From: Chrysomallon squamiferum
Taxonomy: Eukaryota > Animalia > Mollusca
Reading direction: 5' to 3'
DNA: 64,000 bases
Assembly: GCA_012295275.1 (NCBI GenBank)
Contig: CM022675.1
Coordinates: 4,588,001 to 4,652,000, forward strand
Below are positions 1 to 26,890 of this stretch, in pieces. Within the stretch, counting starts at the first letter, position 1. Each line of letters starts with the position of its first letter. The notes below the pieces were generated by a model. It was not told where the DNA came from. It did no database searches and saw only the letters and a program-made list of their open reading frames with translations. A program made the position numbers and the translations under genes.

Positions 1-1959
1 TATCTGTGATAAATATGTGACTGATAACACTGGTTTGAGATGACAGTCACTGTGTTAGTTAAGGTTTGCTGTTTGTTTGCTGTAATCAATTAACTGAAAC
101 TTCAGACTGATTTTTTTTTTTTTTTTTTGATGGACTCAGTCTGAGAAGCCTCAGAAGCAATTATGACAATATGGTGAGACATCAAAAACAATTGTCTCAC
201 AAAAACAGTTAAAATAAAATTAATATATTACATTACACTAAGTTTCACAGTTGACTTTCCCTCACTTAGAGAGCTCGTCACTCTCAAAGTCTGACTTCAC
301 TGAATGCAGCTAGAAATGTGGTAAACCTATGTTCTTGAAAATCAACTTTTAGAATGTTCAGATGCTGAAATGTAAAATAATATAACCCATATAAACACGA
401 TTATACCTCTAGAAAGACATCGTGTGCTTGTATTTGTGTGTGTGGACGTGTATGAGAGAGAGACTGTGTGTGTGTTTGTGTGTGTTAATGTCATTTTTTA
501 ATGTTTAATTTTTTTGGACGACTTTTCTCGCATCTGCCGTTTTGAGGAAACTTGACATTGCAAGGGCCTCTTCTGAAACGAGATTTTCTCTGGAAAATAG
601 TAAACACACTTTACAGAAATTTTTAATACAGAAACACACACACAAACACACACACACACATACATACATACACAAACACACATTCACACACATCCACACA
701 CACACATACATACACACATACTTTCGTGTGACAAAACCTTTTATACTGGACAAAGAAATGAAACTAAGATATTTAATTTGTGTTTGGTCGAGGCTGTTTA
801 TATAAAGAAAGCTCGTAGACAAAACCTCGAGAACGTAACAAGTAGTGTATGAACGATGTTAGTGATGCACGTTCAGAGAAATATAACAAAATGGCCGCTA
901 TGCCAAAGTACTTCCAACTGAGATTAAACTTTTTCTTCACACTATAAAGTAACACTCGTGCAATAAACACAAAGATAAGACTTCAGATTGTCCAGTTATC
1001 CAATTTTTATTCAAACAGAAAGTAAATCAATCGTTAAAATGTCAAATAGAACAAGAAATATACCGGATGATCCATTTGAATAGTAACTAGGTTAGCTGTA
1101 TATCAATAAAGTTAGTCAATAGAAAAAATGTTAGTATAAAACAGACTTTGAGTTCGAAACTGATAATGCAAAACGTATATGAATAATTATTAAAATAAAC
1201 TATTAAAATATACTTAGCTGATTATATAGAATAGGTATATAATATAAAATAATGTAATATAAAGATATATATTCTTTTCAACTGTAATGTTTTTCATTTA
1301 TTATTTTACTATATATACAAACACTTAGAGACACACACAGACAAACATACACATGCACAGATACACAGATTGTCTTCAGGTATTTTATATAATATAGTAT
1401 TTGTAATAAATTTGTGTAAGGTTTGTGATTGCTACATCTGTTGGAAACTGTGAGGCATCCCAATTGGAATTGAGGCTTTCGGAATTTGGAATAAAGTTTC
1501 CTTATCCTTTTATAACAATAAGAAAAAATCATAATAAACAAACAAACATATATAAATAATAAAAATAACAAATGATAACAATAGAAAAAAAAAAGGTGGT
1601 ATGAGACACTGTTAACGCTGATTTGAGAAAACATTTCCTTCAAGAGACAAATTTTACATCAGTTCAGATTAATACTTAAAATGTTAGTGTAAGAACAAAT
1701 TTCATATAACACAGAAATAAAGTAAAAAAGAAATCGCAATGTTGAAAATTTCAATAAGATGTTAGGATAAAGTATAAATATAAAATACTGCGTAAAAATA
1801 ATAATACAAATAATGCAAACAATAAAAGCGGTGTTAGACATTATTAACATCGGGTTTTAAACAACAACAATAACAACTACAACAACAACATTTAAATAAA
1901 TAAATAACAAAAAATGTATTAAAAACTAAAAAAAATAATGTTTTGAAGCACTGTTAATA

Positions 1960-1966
1960 CGGGATA

Positions 1967-2022
<56 letters not shown>

Positions 2023-2227
2023 CAACAACAACAGTAGTAATAATAATAATATTAATAAAATGTGGTATGAGATACTGCTAAAATGGATTTAAAAAATTTA
2101 AACAAATAAACAAACAACAACATTAAAATAAAGAAATAAAGAAACAAAAAAATAACAAAATAAGAAAACAAAACTTAATTAAAAATAAAAAAAGCAATAA
2201 GGTATTAAGCACACTTAATACGGTTTA

Positions 2228-2266
<39 letters not shown>

Positions 2267-2880
2267 TACAATAACAGTAATAGTAATAATAATAATAATA
2301 ATTACAATAATAACAGTAATAGTAATAATAAAAACAATAATAATGATGATAATAGTAATATTAATAATAATAATAATAATAAAATCTCGTATCAGATAAT
2401 GCTAACATTGTTTTAAAAAATAAAAACATATATCAACAACAACAACAACAAAATGAAATAAATAACATCAAAAAACAAAAGAAAAAATAAACTGTGACAT
2501 GAGATACTGTTAACATGGGTTTTTAGTAATAATAGTAATCTCAATACTAATACTAATAATAGTAATAATAATAATAATAATAATAGTAATAATAATAATA
2601 GTCATAACAGTAATAGTAATAATAATAACAATAATAGTAATAATAATAATAATAATAATAGTAATAATAGTAATAATACAAATAATAATAGTAATAGTAA
2701 TAATAAAAATAGAAATAATAATAATAATAGTCATAACATTAATAATAATATAATAATCATAATAATAATAGTAATAATAATAATAATAGTAATAATAATA
2801 TTAGTAATAATAATAATAGTAATAATAATAATAGTAATAGTAATAATAATAATTATAATAATAATAACAACAACGATGTC
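1960..2880. repeat. (AAT/AGT)n microsatellite-rich tract
   Basis: Long imperfect trinucleotide runs. Similar tracts occur at 49760-49920 and 58220-58400. Confidence 0.9.
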
Positions 2881-3003
2881 AATTACAATAAAGAAGTGGT
2901 TCGATTTTATAAAAAGGAAAAAGAAGTAAAACATAAAAACTGGTGGATGAGACACTGTTTACATGGATTTCAAAAATCGATCGAGTTACTACTGAGATTC
3001 TTT

Positions 3004-8061
<5,058 letters not shown>

Positions 8062-8378
8062 TTTTGTTTTCTTCTCTTTATTTTTATTTACGAAAATTCA
8101 TACGCAAGACTGTATAAACCGAGTTTTGCTAAAACAACGAGGAAGTAGATATAAATAGAAAAAGGATGGAAAAAGACCACACGTCTATTGCAGGGGTAAA
8201 ATTTGTCAACTGGAACGTTCAGCCCAGACAAGTAGCAGCTTCACAATATCAGTTTATCAGTGAATGGGTTCTTAGGTTACAGAAAACACTGTGTGTAATT
8301 TTGTGTTGGTAGAATTATAAGTGATACGTCCATTTTACATTAGTAAAAGTAAGTTATATAATTACATACATACATACA

Positions 8379-8464
<86 letters not shown>

Positions 8465-8559
8465 GGATGCATATACAAATATATGTACACATGAACACAT
8501 TCATACATCTACTCTCATACAAATATAGATACATAACATAATCAAGGAACAACAACATA

Positions 8560-9470
8560 AATACACAAATACATGTATGCGTACATATACAAATAAATGC
8601 ATACATACACAAATACATGTATGCGCACATACACAAATACATGTATGCGTACATATACAAATAAATGCATACAAACAAATACATGTATGCGTACATATAC
8701 AAATACATGTATGCGCACATACACAAATACATGTATGCGCACATACACAAATACATGTATGCGTACATATACAAATACATGTATGCGCACATACACAAAT
8801 ACATGTATGCGCACATACACAAATACATGTATGCGTACATACACAAATACATGTATGCGTACATACACAAATAAATGCATACAAACAAATACATGTATGC
8901 GTACATACACAAATAAATGCATACAAACAAATACATGTATGCGTACATACACAAATAAATGCATACAAACAAATACATGTATGCGTACATACACAAATAA
9001 ATGCATACAAACAAATACATGTATGCGTACATACACAAATAAATGCATACAAACAAATACATGTATGCGTACATATACAAATACATGTATGCGTACATAC
9101 ACAAATAAATGCATACAAACAAATACATGTATGCGTACATACACAAATAAATGCATACAAACAAATACATGTATGCGTACATACACAAATAAATGCATAC
9201 AAACAAATACATGTATGCGTACATATACAAATACATGGATACATGCACAAATACATGTATGCGTACATATACAAATACATCCATACAAACACAAATACAT
9301 GTATGCGTACATAAACAAATACATCCATACATACACAAATACATGTATGCGTACATATACAAATAAATGCATACATACACAAATACATGTATGCGTACAT
9401 ACACAAATAAATGCATACATATACAAATACATGTATGCGTACATATACAAATAAATGCATACAAACACAT
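8560..9470. repeat. Compound minisatellite (24-bp AAATACATGTATGCGTACATACAC with 18-bp AAATAAATGCATACAAAC units)
   Basis: Tandem units are directly visible and generate spurious repetitive ORFs. Confidence 0.95.
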
Positions 9471-10166
9471 GTCGTGACAGTCCCACATACAAACATACAA
9501 CATATAAATACATCGTTAGTTTATTTTCATACAACACCTGTTCCCAATTTATTGTTTTTATTTTGTGAACGAAGTTTCATATACACCTACATATTTCTAA
9601 CATATTTTCACCACTATAGCTATTCACAACATATTAAAATATACACAGCTATCCCCAGCTAATTTTCAAACCCCTTCTCAGCTGATTTGTAGATACACAT
9701 TTATTCCCAGCTTATTATTATGTACATATGTATTCTCAGCCTCCTTTCATAAACACCTCTTCCAAGCTAATTTTCAGGATGACAACGTAAGATTACAGAG
9801 AGAACAGACAATATTAAATTAAAAACCAGTGTCTACTTCAGTTCTTTGCAAGCTCATAAATACGTGAAGTGTTTTATGTTAACAAAAAACAACGTTTGAA
9901 CTGTCACATTTGTTTAAAAACAATTAATATTAAGTTTGTAAATTCCAAGCTCTGGTGTATTTATAAAAATATCATTTTGTCAACTAAAATACAATGTTTG
10001 AAGGTATGTGCAATATAAATAATGGAAAGCAGCTGTTTTCTTACAGAATGATTTTGACACATAACAGTCTGGCTTGGGTATTACCTGGAAAAGACGATTA
10101 CACAAATAGCATATCTCAGTTTTATAACACTCTGTCATACAGAGAATGTTAATACTAATTAAACAG

Positions 10167-10208
10167 ATTGTAGATCGTTAATATAATCACTGCTGTTACT
10201 AAATTCAT
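10167..10208 (-). pseudogene. Truncated duplicate of signal-peptide exon 1
   Basis: Encodes MNLVTAVIILTIYN and then breaks with no donor. It belongs to a tandem duplication of the upstream block (~8.0-10.17 kb versus ~10.17-11.6 kb). Confidence 0.8.
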
Positions 10209-10779
10209 CATTTATTTTTGTTTTCTTGTATTTACTTTTATATACGAAGCTTCTTAACCAAGACGATATGAAACCGAGTTTTGCTAAAACCAAGAAGTTA
10301 GTAGATATTTGTAGATAAAAGAATGAAAAAAACAAGTCACGAGTCTATTGTAGATATAATTCGTCAACTAAAACCTTAGCCGACACAGCTAGTAGCCTCA
10401 GATTCCAAAACAAGTTGTTTTTGTAATTTTATATTGATATAGTTAGAAGTGATGCGTTCGTTTTACTAATGTAAAACATACATACATACATACATAAGAC
10501 ATTTACACACAAGCATATAAATACATATATGTAAACATACACACTTCCAGACCTATCCAGATACAAACACACAAAAAAGATAAAAAGCATACTCAGTTTA
10601 TTTTCATATAGCACCTATTCGCGATTTATTTTCACATACTCCTAACTTAGTTTGATATACACATACATATTTCCAACTTATTTTCAGAAACACATTTTTC
10701 ACAGCATATTTTCGTATTTACGTCTATCGCCAGCTAATTTTCACATAAACAGATTTTCCCTGCTTCGTTTCTTATACAC

Positions 10780-11280
10780 GTATTCCCAGCTTATTTTAAT
10801 AAACATCTATTCCGAGCTTATTTTAATAAACATCTATTCCGAGCTTATTTTAATAAACATCTATTCCCAGCTTATTTTAATAAACATCTATTCACAGCTT
10901 ATTTTAATAAACATCTATTCCCAGCTTATTTTAATAAACATCTACTCACAGCTTATTTTAATAAACATCTACTCACAGTTTATTTTAATAAACATCTATT
11001 CACAGTTTATTTTAATAAACATCTATTCACAGTTTATTTTAATCAACATCTATTCACAGTTTATTTTAATAAACATCTATTCACAGTTTATTTTAATCAA
11101 CATCTATTCACAGTTTATTTTAATAAACATCTATTCACAGTTTATTTTAATCAACATCTATTCACAGTTTATTTTAATAAACATCTATTCACAGTTTATT
11201 TTAATAAACATCTATTCACAGCTTATTTTAATCAACATCTATTCACAGCTTATTTCAATAAACATCTACTCCGAAACTAA
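10780..11280. repeat. 27-bp minisatellite (TATTCACAGYTTATTTTAATAAACATC), ~18 copies
   Basis: Direct tandem repeats; translates as YSQ(L/F)ILINI. Confidence 0.95.
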
Positions 11281-11757
11281 TTTTCAGGATGACCACGTAA
11301 GATTACAGAGAGAAGGGACAATATTCGATAAAAAAAACCAGTGACTACTTCAGTTGTTTGCTAAATACGAGAGGTTTTGTATATTTCTGGTTCTAAAGAT
11401 ATAGTAAGTGCCTTGTTTGAAACCTTTCACCTGTCACATTTGTTTAAAAACAATTAGTATTAAGTCTGTAAATTTTAAACATTGCTGTAAAAAAAAATCA
11501 TTTTATCAACTAAAATACGATGTTTGAAGATATCTGCTATATCTTTCTGGCATAAAAATCTGGGTGGGGTATTACCTGGGACAGACGATTACACAAGTAG
11601 TATAACAATAATAAAAAAGAAGGAGAAGAAAAAACTTTAGTCCAAAGACAAGTCGAATGAACTGGACTATAGAAAAAAAAAGAAAACACAAGTAAACATG
11701 TTCAGCGCGATTTGCAGATCTACGGTATCCTTAGTTTGCGCTGCGCATTCTTAGATC

Positions 11758-12474
11758 ATGTCTGCACAGACTGGGGACTGGTAAAGCTGACGTAGCAGTA
11801 TCAAGCGATGTCGTAGTTTCACCGTCAGGTTGGTTAAGGTGGCTGGCTATAAGGTTCTGATGTTGTTGTCGATGTTGCAGGGTTTCTGTCCATGGTGTTG
11901 TAGTCTTCATAATCATCGAGGTGGATGTAGGCGTCAGATATTTGTTTTTTCTTTGCTTGTGCTGTCGTAGGCGCTGTCTTTGTCGAAACCAAGCTGGCTG
12001 TAGACATGAGACGTAGTTGTTACCTTTTCCTTATCGTAGGTGTCATAGTCACCGTTGTCGTCCCCAGCAAGGTTGTTGTAGATGTTTGATGTTCGAGTTG
12101 TCGTATTTGTTGTGTCTATGTTGTTGTAGTCTCCGTCATGGCTGCCTGAGAGATGATTTGCCACTTCAGACGTTATAGTAGTAGCTGTCTTGATATCCGT
12201 TATGCCGTAGTCTCCAGTAGATCTGTTATTTGGAAGTGCTTTAACATCTGCGATGTCGTAGTAGTTATCATTTCTGTTTTCCACGTTGACTGTAACTCTA
12301 TTTGGGACGTTGTAGTAAACACTGTGATTTCTTGATTTTCTGATTCACATTTATGATCTGCCGACGTCGACGTCTTTGTTACATCAAAACTCGAATTTGT
12401 GTGATCACGTTGTAAATGTTGATTGTTTTCAATGTTTCTTTTGTAAGATGTAATTCTTGATTCTGGTAACTTCA
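11758..12474 (-). pseudogene. Orphan fragment of the cytoplasmic-tail exon
   Basis: KLPESRI...SKEKTNI* is homologous to the B1/B2 last exon. It has no splice acceptor and no upstream exons, and lies inside the upstream intergenic block. Confidence 0.85.
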
Positions 12475-13029
12475 CTCAGTTTCTGTCTGCCTGTTCTCTG
12501 ATTTTCGTTTCAGGATTGTTTATAACAAAATAAAGTCGCTTGTGTTGTTTATGTTTATTGATGACAGTCACACTCCATACTACAAAATTACTTGTTTCAC
12601 TTTGTTAAACTAGAAACTTTGAAGTTGACGAATGTCAGGTCTCCCAGGTAGTAATGAGATAACAACGTGTTTTGTCACATTTTTGTACTCACCACGTTTT
12701 ATTACTAAATTTGTGATAAGTAATAAGATACTGCAAAATCTCACTAAAAACTGGTCATTAGTTTTAAAACTGATATTCAAAAATTTTGATTTTACATATT
12801 TTTGGTTTTTAAGTTATTTATTTAGTTGTATCCTGTGACATTAACTTTAACTATACCTGATTTGAGACACAAAGCGTGTGTGTATTCAATTTGTAGGTCA
12901 GTGTACATTAGGTCACACGTTTTATATTAGTTTAATTACGAAAAAGGTGCACTTCAAATCAAACAGGATGTCACAATAAAATCAAATTAACGAGATCAGG
13001 TTTACACTGTTTATGTTATTTAATAATGA

Positions 13030-13608
13030 TGTGCTGTCTCTAGTGAAACATATAGTTTAACAATTAGGATGTGTGTAAGTGCTGTCTCTAGTGAAACATA
13101 TAGTTTAACAGGATGTGTGTAAGTGCTGTCTCTAGTCAAACATATAGTTTAACAGTTAGGATGTGTGTAAGTGCTGTCTCTAGTGAAACATATAGTTTAA
13201 CAGTTAGGATGTGTGTAAGTGCTGTCTCTAGTCAAACATACAGTTTAACAGCTAGGATGTGTGTAAGTGCTGTCTCTAGTGAAACATATAGTTTAACAGT
13301 TAGGATGTGTGTAAGTGCTGTCTCTAGTCAAACATACAGTTTAACAGCTAGGATGTGTGTAAGTGCTGTCTCTAGTGAAACATATAGTTTAACAGTTAGG
13401 ATGTGTGTAAGTGCTGTCTCTAGTGAAACATACAGTTTAACAGTTAGGATGTGTGTAAGTGCTGTCTCTAGTGAAACACACAGTTTAACAGTTAGGATGT
13501 GTGTAAGTGCTGTCTCTAGTGAAACATACAGTTTAACAGCTAGGATGTGTGTAAGTGCTGTCTCTAGTGAAACATACAGTTTAACAGTTAGGATGTGTGT
13601 AAGTGCTG
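13030..13608. repeat. 48-bp minisatellite, ~12 copies
   Basis: GTGCTGTCTCTAGTGAAACATATAGTTTAACAGTTAGGATGTGTGTAA in tandem, with no unique spacers. Confidence 0.95.
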
Positions 13609-15490
13609 ACTGATTTGACTCGAAGTGATCTGGAGAATATCGCGAGTTTTACCGATCATTAGAATGCGCAGCGCAGTCTTAAAATAGCGCAGATCGACAA
13701 ATAGCGGAGAATACACACACACACAGTTACATAATATGGTTGTCACCTACGTCATAATAATATCTCCTGTGTTTTAATGTCACATTATATCTTTCTTGTT
13801 CTTTCTTTTTCCCTCCCATTGTTATTAATATTTCTAATACATTGTTATTGTTATCATCATCATGATTTCAATTATTATTACTTTTATTATTATTATTGTT
13901 ATCATTATCATTATTATTATTAGTATTACTGGTTTCTTTTTTTTTAAATTTTTATTATTTTCTTAATTTACAAGTAAATATATATGATCTGTGAGAAATA
14001 TCTTACTGATAACAATGGTTTGAGATTCTAGTCACTCTGTTAGTTAAAGTTTGCTGTTTGAAGTAATCAACTGATACCTCTGTGTTTACTTACTGATGGA
14101 CCCAGCCTGGTAAGCCTCAAAAGCAATCATGACCAAATGGGGAAACATCAAAAACAATTGCCTCATAAACACAGATGAAATAAAATTAATACATTATACT
14201 AAATTTCACAGTTGTATTTCTCCGAGACTGACTTCATTGAATGGAATTTGTTAGTACAGCTTGAAATGGACCTGAATTTATTTTGTGTAAAAAAAACAAA
14301 AAGTGTAAATCTCGGTTCTTGAAAATCAACGTTAAAAATGTTCAAATGTTGACTGAAATGTCAAACACTCGACCCCCCCTCCCCGCATCATTTGCCCTTC
14401 ATTTGACAAGTACTTTTCACGTTTATCTTTTGGGAAGTAAATTAACTTTCAATTAATTAATTTCTCTGTTGCAGCAGAAATGTAAAACCAAAAAAACCAC
14501 AGTTGTCTTCTCTTGGTGTTAATCAGTGACGTATTATTTCAACAGCACATTTCTATAATCTGTATTCTAATGTTTAGCAATGCCTAAAGAACTATTCTTG
14601 TATAAAATCCTCGAATTACAAATGCAAATCCAAATTTGTTTCTGAAGCAAAATGTTTTCTCCGATCTCTGGAACATAACATAACCAGGATTTAGACTGAG
14701 ACTCTATAAGTAAGAAATTTTAAATAAACATGAATAAACATCTAGAAAGACGAGTGTGTGTATATGTGTGTATGTGTATGTGCGTATGTACATGTGTGTG
14801 TACATGTGTGTGTGCGTGTGTACGTGTGTACATGTGTGACGTCAGTTAAATAGTGCAAAAGCTATGAATGTTTTTATGTTTAATATTTTTTGGTGATGTT
14901 TCCACACAGTTGCTGTTTTGAGGAAATCTTTAACTTTAAGGTCCCGTTCTGAAACGAGATTGCCTCTCGAAAATTGTTAACAGACTTTACAGAAATTTTT
15001 CATCACGTTTTTCTACTACTTTCGGGTGACAAAACCTTTTATACTGGACAAAGAAATGAAACTAAGATCTTTAATTTGTGTTTGGTCGAGGCTATTTTTT
15101 GCAGAAAACTCGTAGACAAAACCTCGTGAACGTAACTAGTAGTGTACGAACGATGTTCGTGTACTAGTTCGAAACACCATATAAAATGGCAGCTGTTCCA
15201 AAGTATTTCAAATAAAATTAAAACATTTTATTCACACTACAAAGTAACACTGCTGCAATACACACAAAATTAAGAATTCAAATTTTCAATTTATCCAGTT
15301 TTTATTCAAATAGCACTTGAAACAAAGAATAAATCAATCATTCGAAAGTCAAAATATATCGATTTACCTGATGGTCCATTTGAATAGTAGCGAGGTTAAT
15401 AAATATTAAAGTTAGATTAATATTTAAAAGTTAGTATAAAACACACTTCCAGTACGAAACGGAAAACAACAACAATAAAAGCAAAGACAA

Positions 15491-15525
<35 letters not shown>

Positions 15526-15871
15526 TAATAATATAACAAAAACAAAAAAGTAAATGTTAACGTGGATTTTAGAAAACACTTCCTTCAAAGGACAAATTTT
15601 GCACCAGTGCAGATTAATACTAAAATTGATAGTATAAGAACAGTTTTCACATAACTCAGGAACAAGATGAAAAATAAATCGCACTGACAAAAAGAACATT
15701 TAGATATTGGGATAAAGTACAAATACAACATATGACGGTGAAACGAATAATACAAATAATGCAAACTATAAAAACACTAAGAGACGTTATTAACATCGGA
15801 TTTAAAAAAAATAATAATAAAAATAACAACAAAAAAACAAGCTGTTAGGAAACACTGAAATAAGGTTTATG

Positions 15872-15922
<51 letters not shown>

Positions 15923-16850
15923 TTAATAATATATAGGATGAAACACTGCTAATATAAAAAAAAAAAAAAAAACAACAACAAAAAAATAAAAATATAAAAT
16001 AAAAAATAATAAAAGAAACTCTGGTCTGAGACCCTGTTAACATAGGTTTAAAAAAAACACTTCCTAGCAGAAACAAATTTTGCATCAAAATATCGATCGA
16101 CTTACTAGTGAGATTCTTTTCAATACAAATTTTCCAGAACATTATAAACAGCTCAGCTGATTTTAGAAACGTTGTTGTCGTTGTTGTCGGAATCGTCGTG
16201 GACGTTATCAAATATTTCGTATTTCCTAGTCGGAATTAGATTGTTAGACGAGGCAGTATATCTGCACAGACTGGGGACTGCTAAAGCCGAGGTAGCAGTA
16301 TCAAGCGATGTCGTAGTTTCATCGTCAGATTGGTTAAGATGGCTGGCTATAAGGTTCTGATGTTGTTGTTGATGTTGCAGGGTTTCTGTCCATGGTGTTG
16401 TAGTCTTCATATAATTGAGGTGGATGTAGGCGTCAGATAGTCGTCTTTTCTTTGCTTGTGCTGTCGTAGGTGCTGTCTTTGTCGGAACCAAGCTGGCTGT
16501 AGACATGAGACGTTGTTGTTACCGTTTCCTTATCGTAGGTATCACAGTCACCGTTGTCGTCCTCAGCAAGGTTGGTGTAGATGTTAGATGTACGAGTTGT
16601 TGTATTTGTTGTGTCTATGTTGTTGTAGTCTCCGTCATGGCTGCCTGAGAGATGATTGTCCACTTCAGACGTTGTAGTAGTAGCTGTCTTGATATCCGGT
16701 GTGTCGTAATCTCCAGTAGATCTGTTATTGGGAAGGGCTTTAACATCTGCGATGTCGTGGTCGTTATCAATTCTGTTTTCGACGTTGACTGTAACTCCGC
16801 TTGGGACGTTGTTGTATACATTGTGGTTTCCTTGATACTGATTCAAGTTC

Positions 16851-23704
<6,854 letters not shown>

Positions 23705-25543
23705 TATTTCGTTTTGTTTTCTTCTCTTTATTTTTATATGCGAAACTTCTTATGCAAGTTGATATAAAACCGAGTTTTGCTAAAACAACAACTAAGTAGA
23801 TAATAATACACAGAGTAATCAGACAAAAGTCACCAGTCCACTGTGTATAGAATCCGTCAACTGGAACCTTAGCCGATACAGCTAGTCGCTTCACAGTAAA
23901 TCTTGATCAATGACTGGGTACTTAGATTACAGAATACATTGTTTGTAACTTTGTGATTAGAAACGATACGTCCGCTTTACTAATGTAACTAATAGTACAA
24001 TACAATGAATTACATAGATACATACACAAATACATTCATGCATGCATATACAGATAAATACATACATATATGTATGTATACATACATCTAGACATACAAA
24101 CACACAAAATATAAATACAGTTTGTTTTCACACAGCACCTATTCCCGATTTATTTTCACCTATTCACAACATATTTTCATATCCAGCTGTTCACAGCTAA
24201 TATTCACTTAAATACCTATTCCCAGATTATTTTTATATAGGCGTGTTCACGGCTTGTTTTCACGTATACGTATTTCCAGCTTATTTTTATCAATACGCAT
24301 TCTCAGCCTATTTTCCTATATTTACGTATTACCAGCCTGTTTTCTTAAACATCTGTTCCCAGCTAATTTTCAGGACGACAACGTAAGATTACAGAGAGAA
24401 CAGACAATGTTAGATTAAAAACCAGTGTCTACTTCAGTTGTTTGCAAAGCTGACAAATACGAGAAGTGTTGGATATTACTGGTTCTAATAATCTAGTAAA
24501 TGTCTCTTTTAATAAAAGAACTTTGACCTGTCACATTTGTTTGAAAACAATTAATAATAAGTTTGTATAATTCGAGCATTGGTGTATAGAATGTTTATAC
24601 TAATTAAACAGCTACAATTTAGATCATCTTCACAGTTGGCTAAGTTCTACCTGTAAAGTAGTTTATCTATTTTTAAAATTCTTTGTCGTACAGGTAAAGA
24701 ACAATAATCTTTGTCTGCAAATAAATTCTTTAAATTCATTCAGCTTAAAATTCTGTTTGTCTGTTCTGTGATTTTCATTTGAAGATTGTTTATAACAAAA
24801 TAAAGTCGCTTGTGTTGTTTATGTTTAGTGATGTCAGTCACTCTCCATACTACAAAATTGCTTGTTTCACTTTGTTAAACTAGAAACTTTGAAGTTGACG
24901 AATGTCAGGTCTCCCAGGTAGTAATGAGATAACAACGTGTTTTGTCACATTTTTGTACTCATCACGTTTTATTACTAAATTTACGATAAGTAATATAATT
25001 GAAAAATCTCACTAGAAAAAAAAAAAAAAAAGAGATAAGAACTGAACTTTATTTCTTTAGTTATATCCTATGATATTATCAGTGAACCTCCTTCATTTTA
25101 AACACAAAACGTGTTTTTTGTTTAATGTACAGATCAGTGTAGATTAGGCCACACTTTTTGTATTAGTTTAATTAAAAAAAAGGTTTCACTCAAATTCAGG
25201 GTGTGTATGTGTGTGTCACAAACAAAAATGAAATCAGGCAGGTTTACAGTGTATATTTTATTTAATAATGATGTGCTATCTCTAGTAAAACACGCAGTTT
25301 AACGTTTAGCACGGGTGTAACTAATCTGACTTGAGATTACCGCGACTTTTGTGGATCGTAATAAAGTGCAGCGCAGTCTAAGATAGCTCAGATTGGCAAA
25401 TGGAGCAGAACACACAGGCGATTACATAATGACGTTGTCACAGAGGTCGTCATAATCTCTCCTATCTCTTACTGTCACATTTTATCTTTCTTCTTCTTTC
25501 TTACCCTCCCATTGTTATTAATATCATTAATACATCGCCATTA

Positions 25544-25611
<68 letters not shown>

Positions 25612-25983
25612 TTTATTAAATAAATATATATTATCAGTGAGAAATATGTGACTGATAACACTGGTTTGAGATGATAGTCACTCTTTTAGTTAAACTCTGC
25701 TGTTTGTTTGTTCAATTAACTGAAACTTCACACTGTTTATTCATTGGACCCAGTCTGTGAAGCCTCAAAAAGCAATCATGGAAAGATGGCGAGATATCAA
25801 GAACAGTTGTCTCACAAAAAAAATAAAATTAAAATAAAAAATAAAATTAATACATTACACTACACTAAGTTTCACAGTTAAAATAAAATTAATATATTAC
25901 ATTACACTAACTTTCACAGTTAAAATAAAATTAATATATTACATTATACTAAGTTTCACAGTTGTGTTTCCCTCATTTAGAGA

Positions 25984-26037
25984 GCTCGTAACTAGAAAAA
26001 CTCCTAAGTTAGGCACTCGTAAATCGAGGTACTACTG
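25984..26037 (-). mobile_element. Tigger left-end stub at the site homologous to the 60979 insertion
   Basis: TA-CAGTAGTACCTCGATTTACGAGTGCCTAAC with the same flank as 60979. The rest of the element is deleted. Confidence 0.8.
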
Positions 26038-26890
26038 TATATACAAACATACATAGACACATATAGACATATATACACATGCATAAATATACAGACACTG
26101 TTGAGCTATTTAATATAATAGTTGTAATAAATTTGTGCATCAAGTAAGGTTTGTGATTGCTTCATCTATTGGAAAACTGTAGCACATCACAAACTGGAAT
26201 TTAGGATTTCTGAATTTTGAATAAATTTTCCTTAACCTTTTATAATAATAAGAAAAAAAAATAAAGAAACAAAACATAACTAAATAATAAAAATAACAAA
26301 TGATAACAGAAAAATAAAAAATAAATTTAAAAAAAAGGTGGATTTCAGAAAGCCCTTCCCTGAAGCGACAAATTTTGTTTTAGTGCACGTTAATACTTAA
26401 AATGTTAGTATAAGAACACATTTCACAAATCACAGAAATAAGATAAAAAATAAATCGCATTGATGAAAAGTTCATTTAGATGTTAGGATAAACTACAAAT
26501 ACAAAGTAAAAGGTAAAAATAATAATACAAATAATCAAACAATAAAAGCGGTATTAGACACTAATAACACCGTGTTTAAAACAACAACAACAGCATCAAA
26601 ATAAATAATAAAATAACTCTGAAATAATAATAATAATAAAAAGTGGTATGAGACACTTTTAAGATGGATTTCAAAAAACACTTCATAGCAGACGACAAAT
26701 TTTGTACTAAAATATCGATCGAGTTACTACTGACTTCAGAAATTTCCAGAACAAAATAAAAAGTTCCACTGCCTTCAGAAACGTTGTCGTTGTTGTCGAA
26801 ATCGTCGTGGACGTTATCAGAGATTTCGGATTTCCTAGTAGGAATGTGATTGTTAGACGAAGCAGTTTGTCTATACAGACTGGGGTGTGG

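Noticed and set aside
8340-9537. Long ORFs of 245-387 aa on both strands
   Set aside because: They are translations of a stop-free minisatellite.
11278-11302. Apparent antisense 9-nt microexon (TTTTCAG-GATGACCAC-GTAAG) in each upstream block
   Set aside because: The acceptor-like part derives from the local CAGCTAATTTTCA repeat, the 9-mer varies and no partner exons were found.
10652-11344. 230-aa YSQFILINI-repeat ORF
   Set aside because: Product of the 27-bp tandem repeat.
13030-13613. CRISPR-like regular array / 166-aa ORF
   Set aside because: The units are contiguous with no unique spacers, there are no cas genes and the context is eukaryotic. It is a 48-bp minisatellite.
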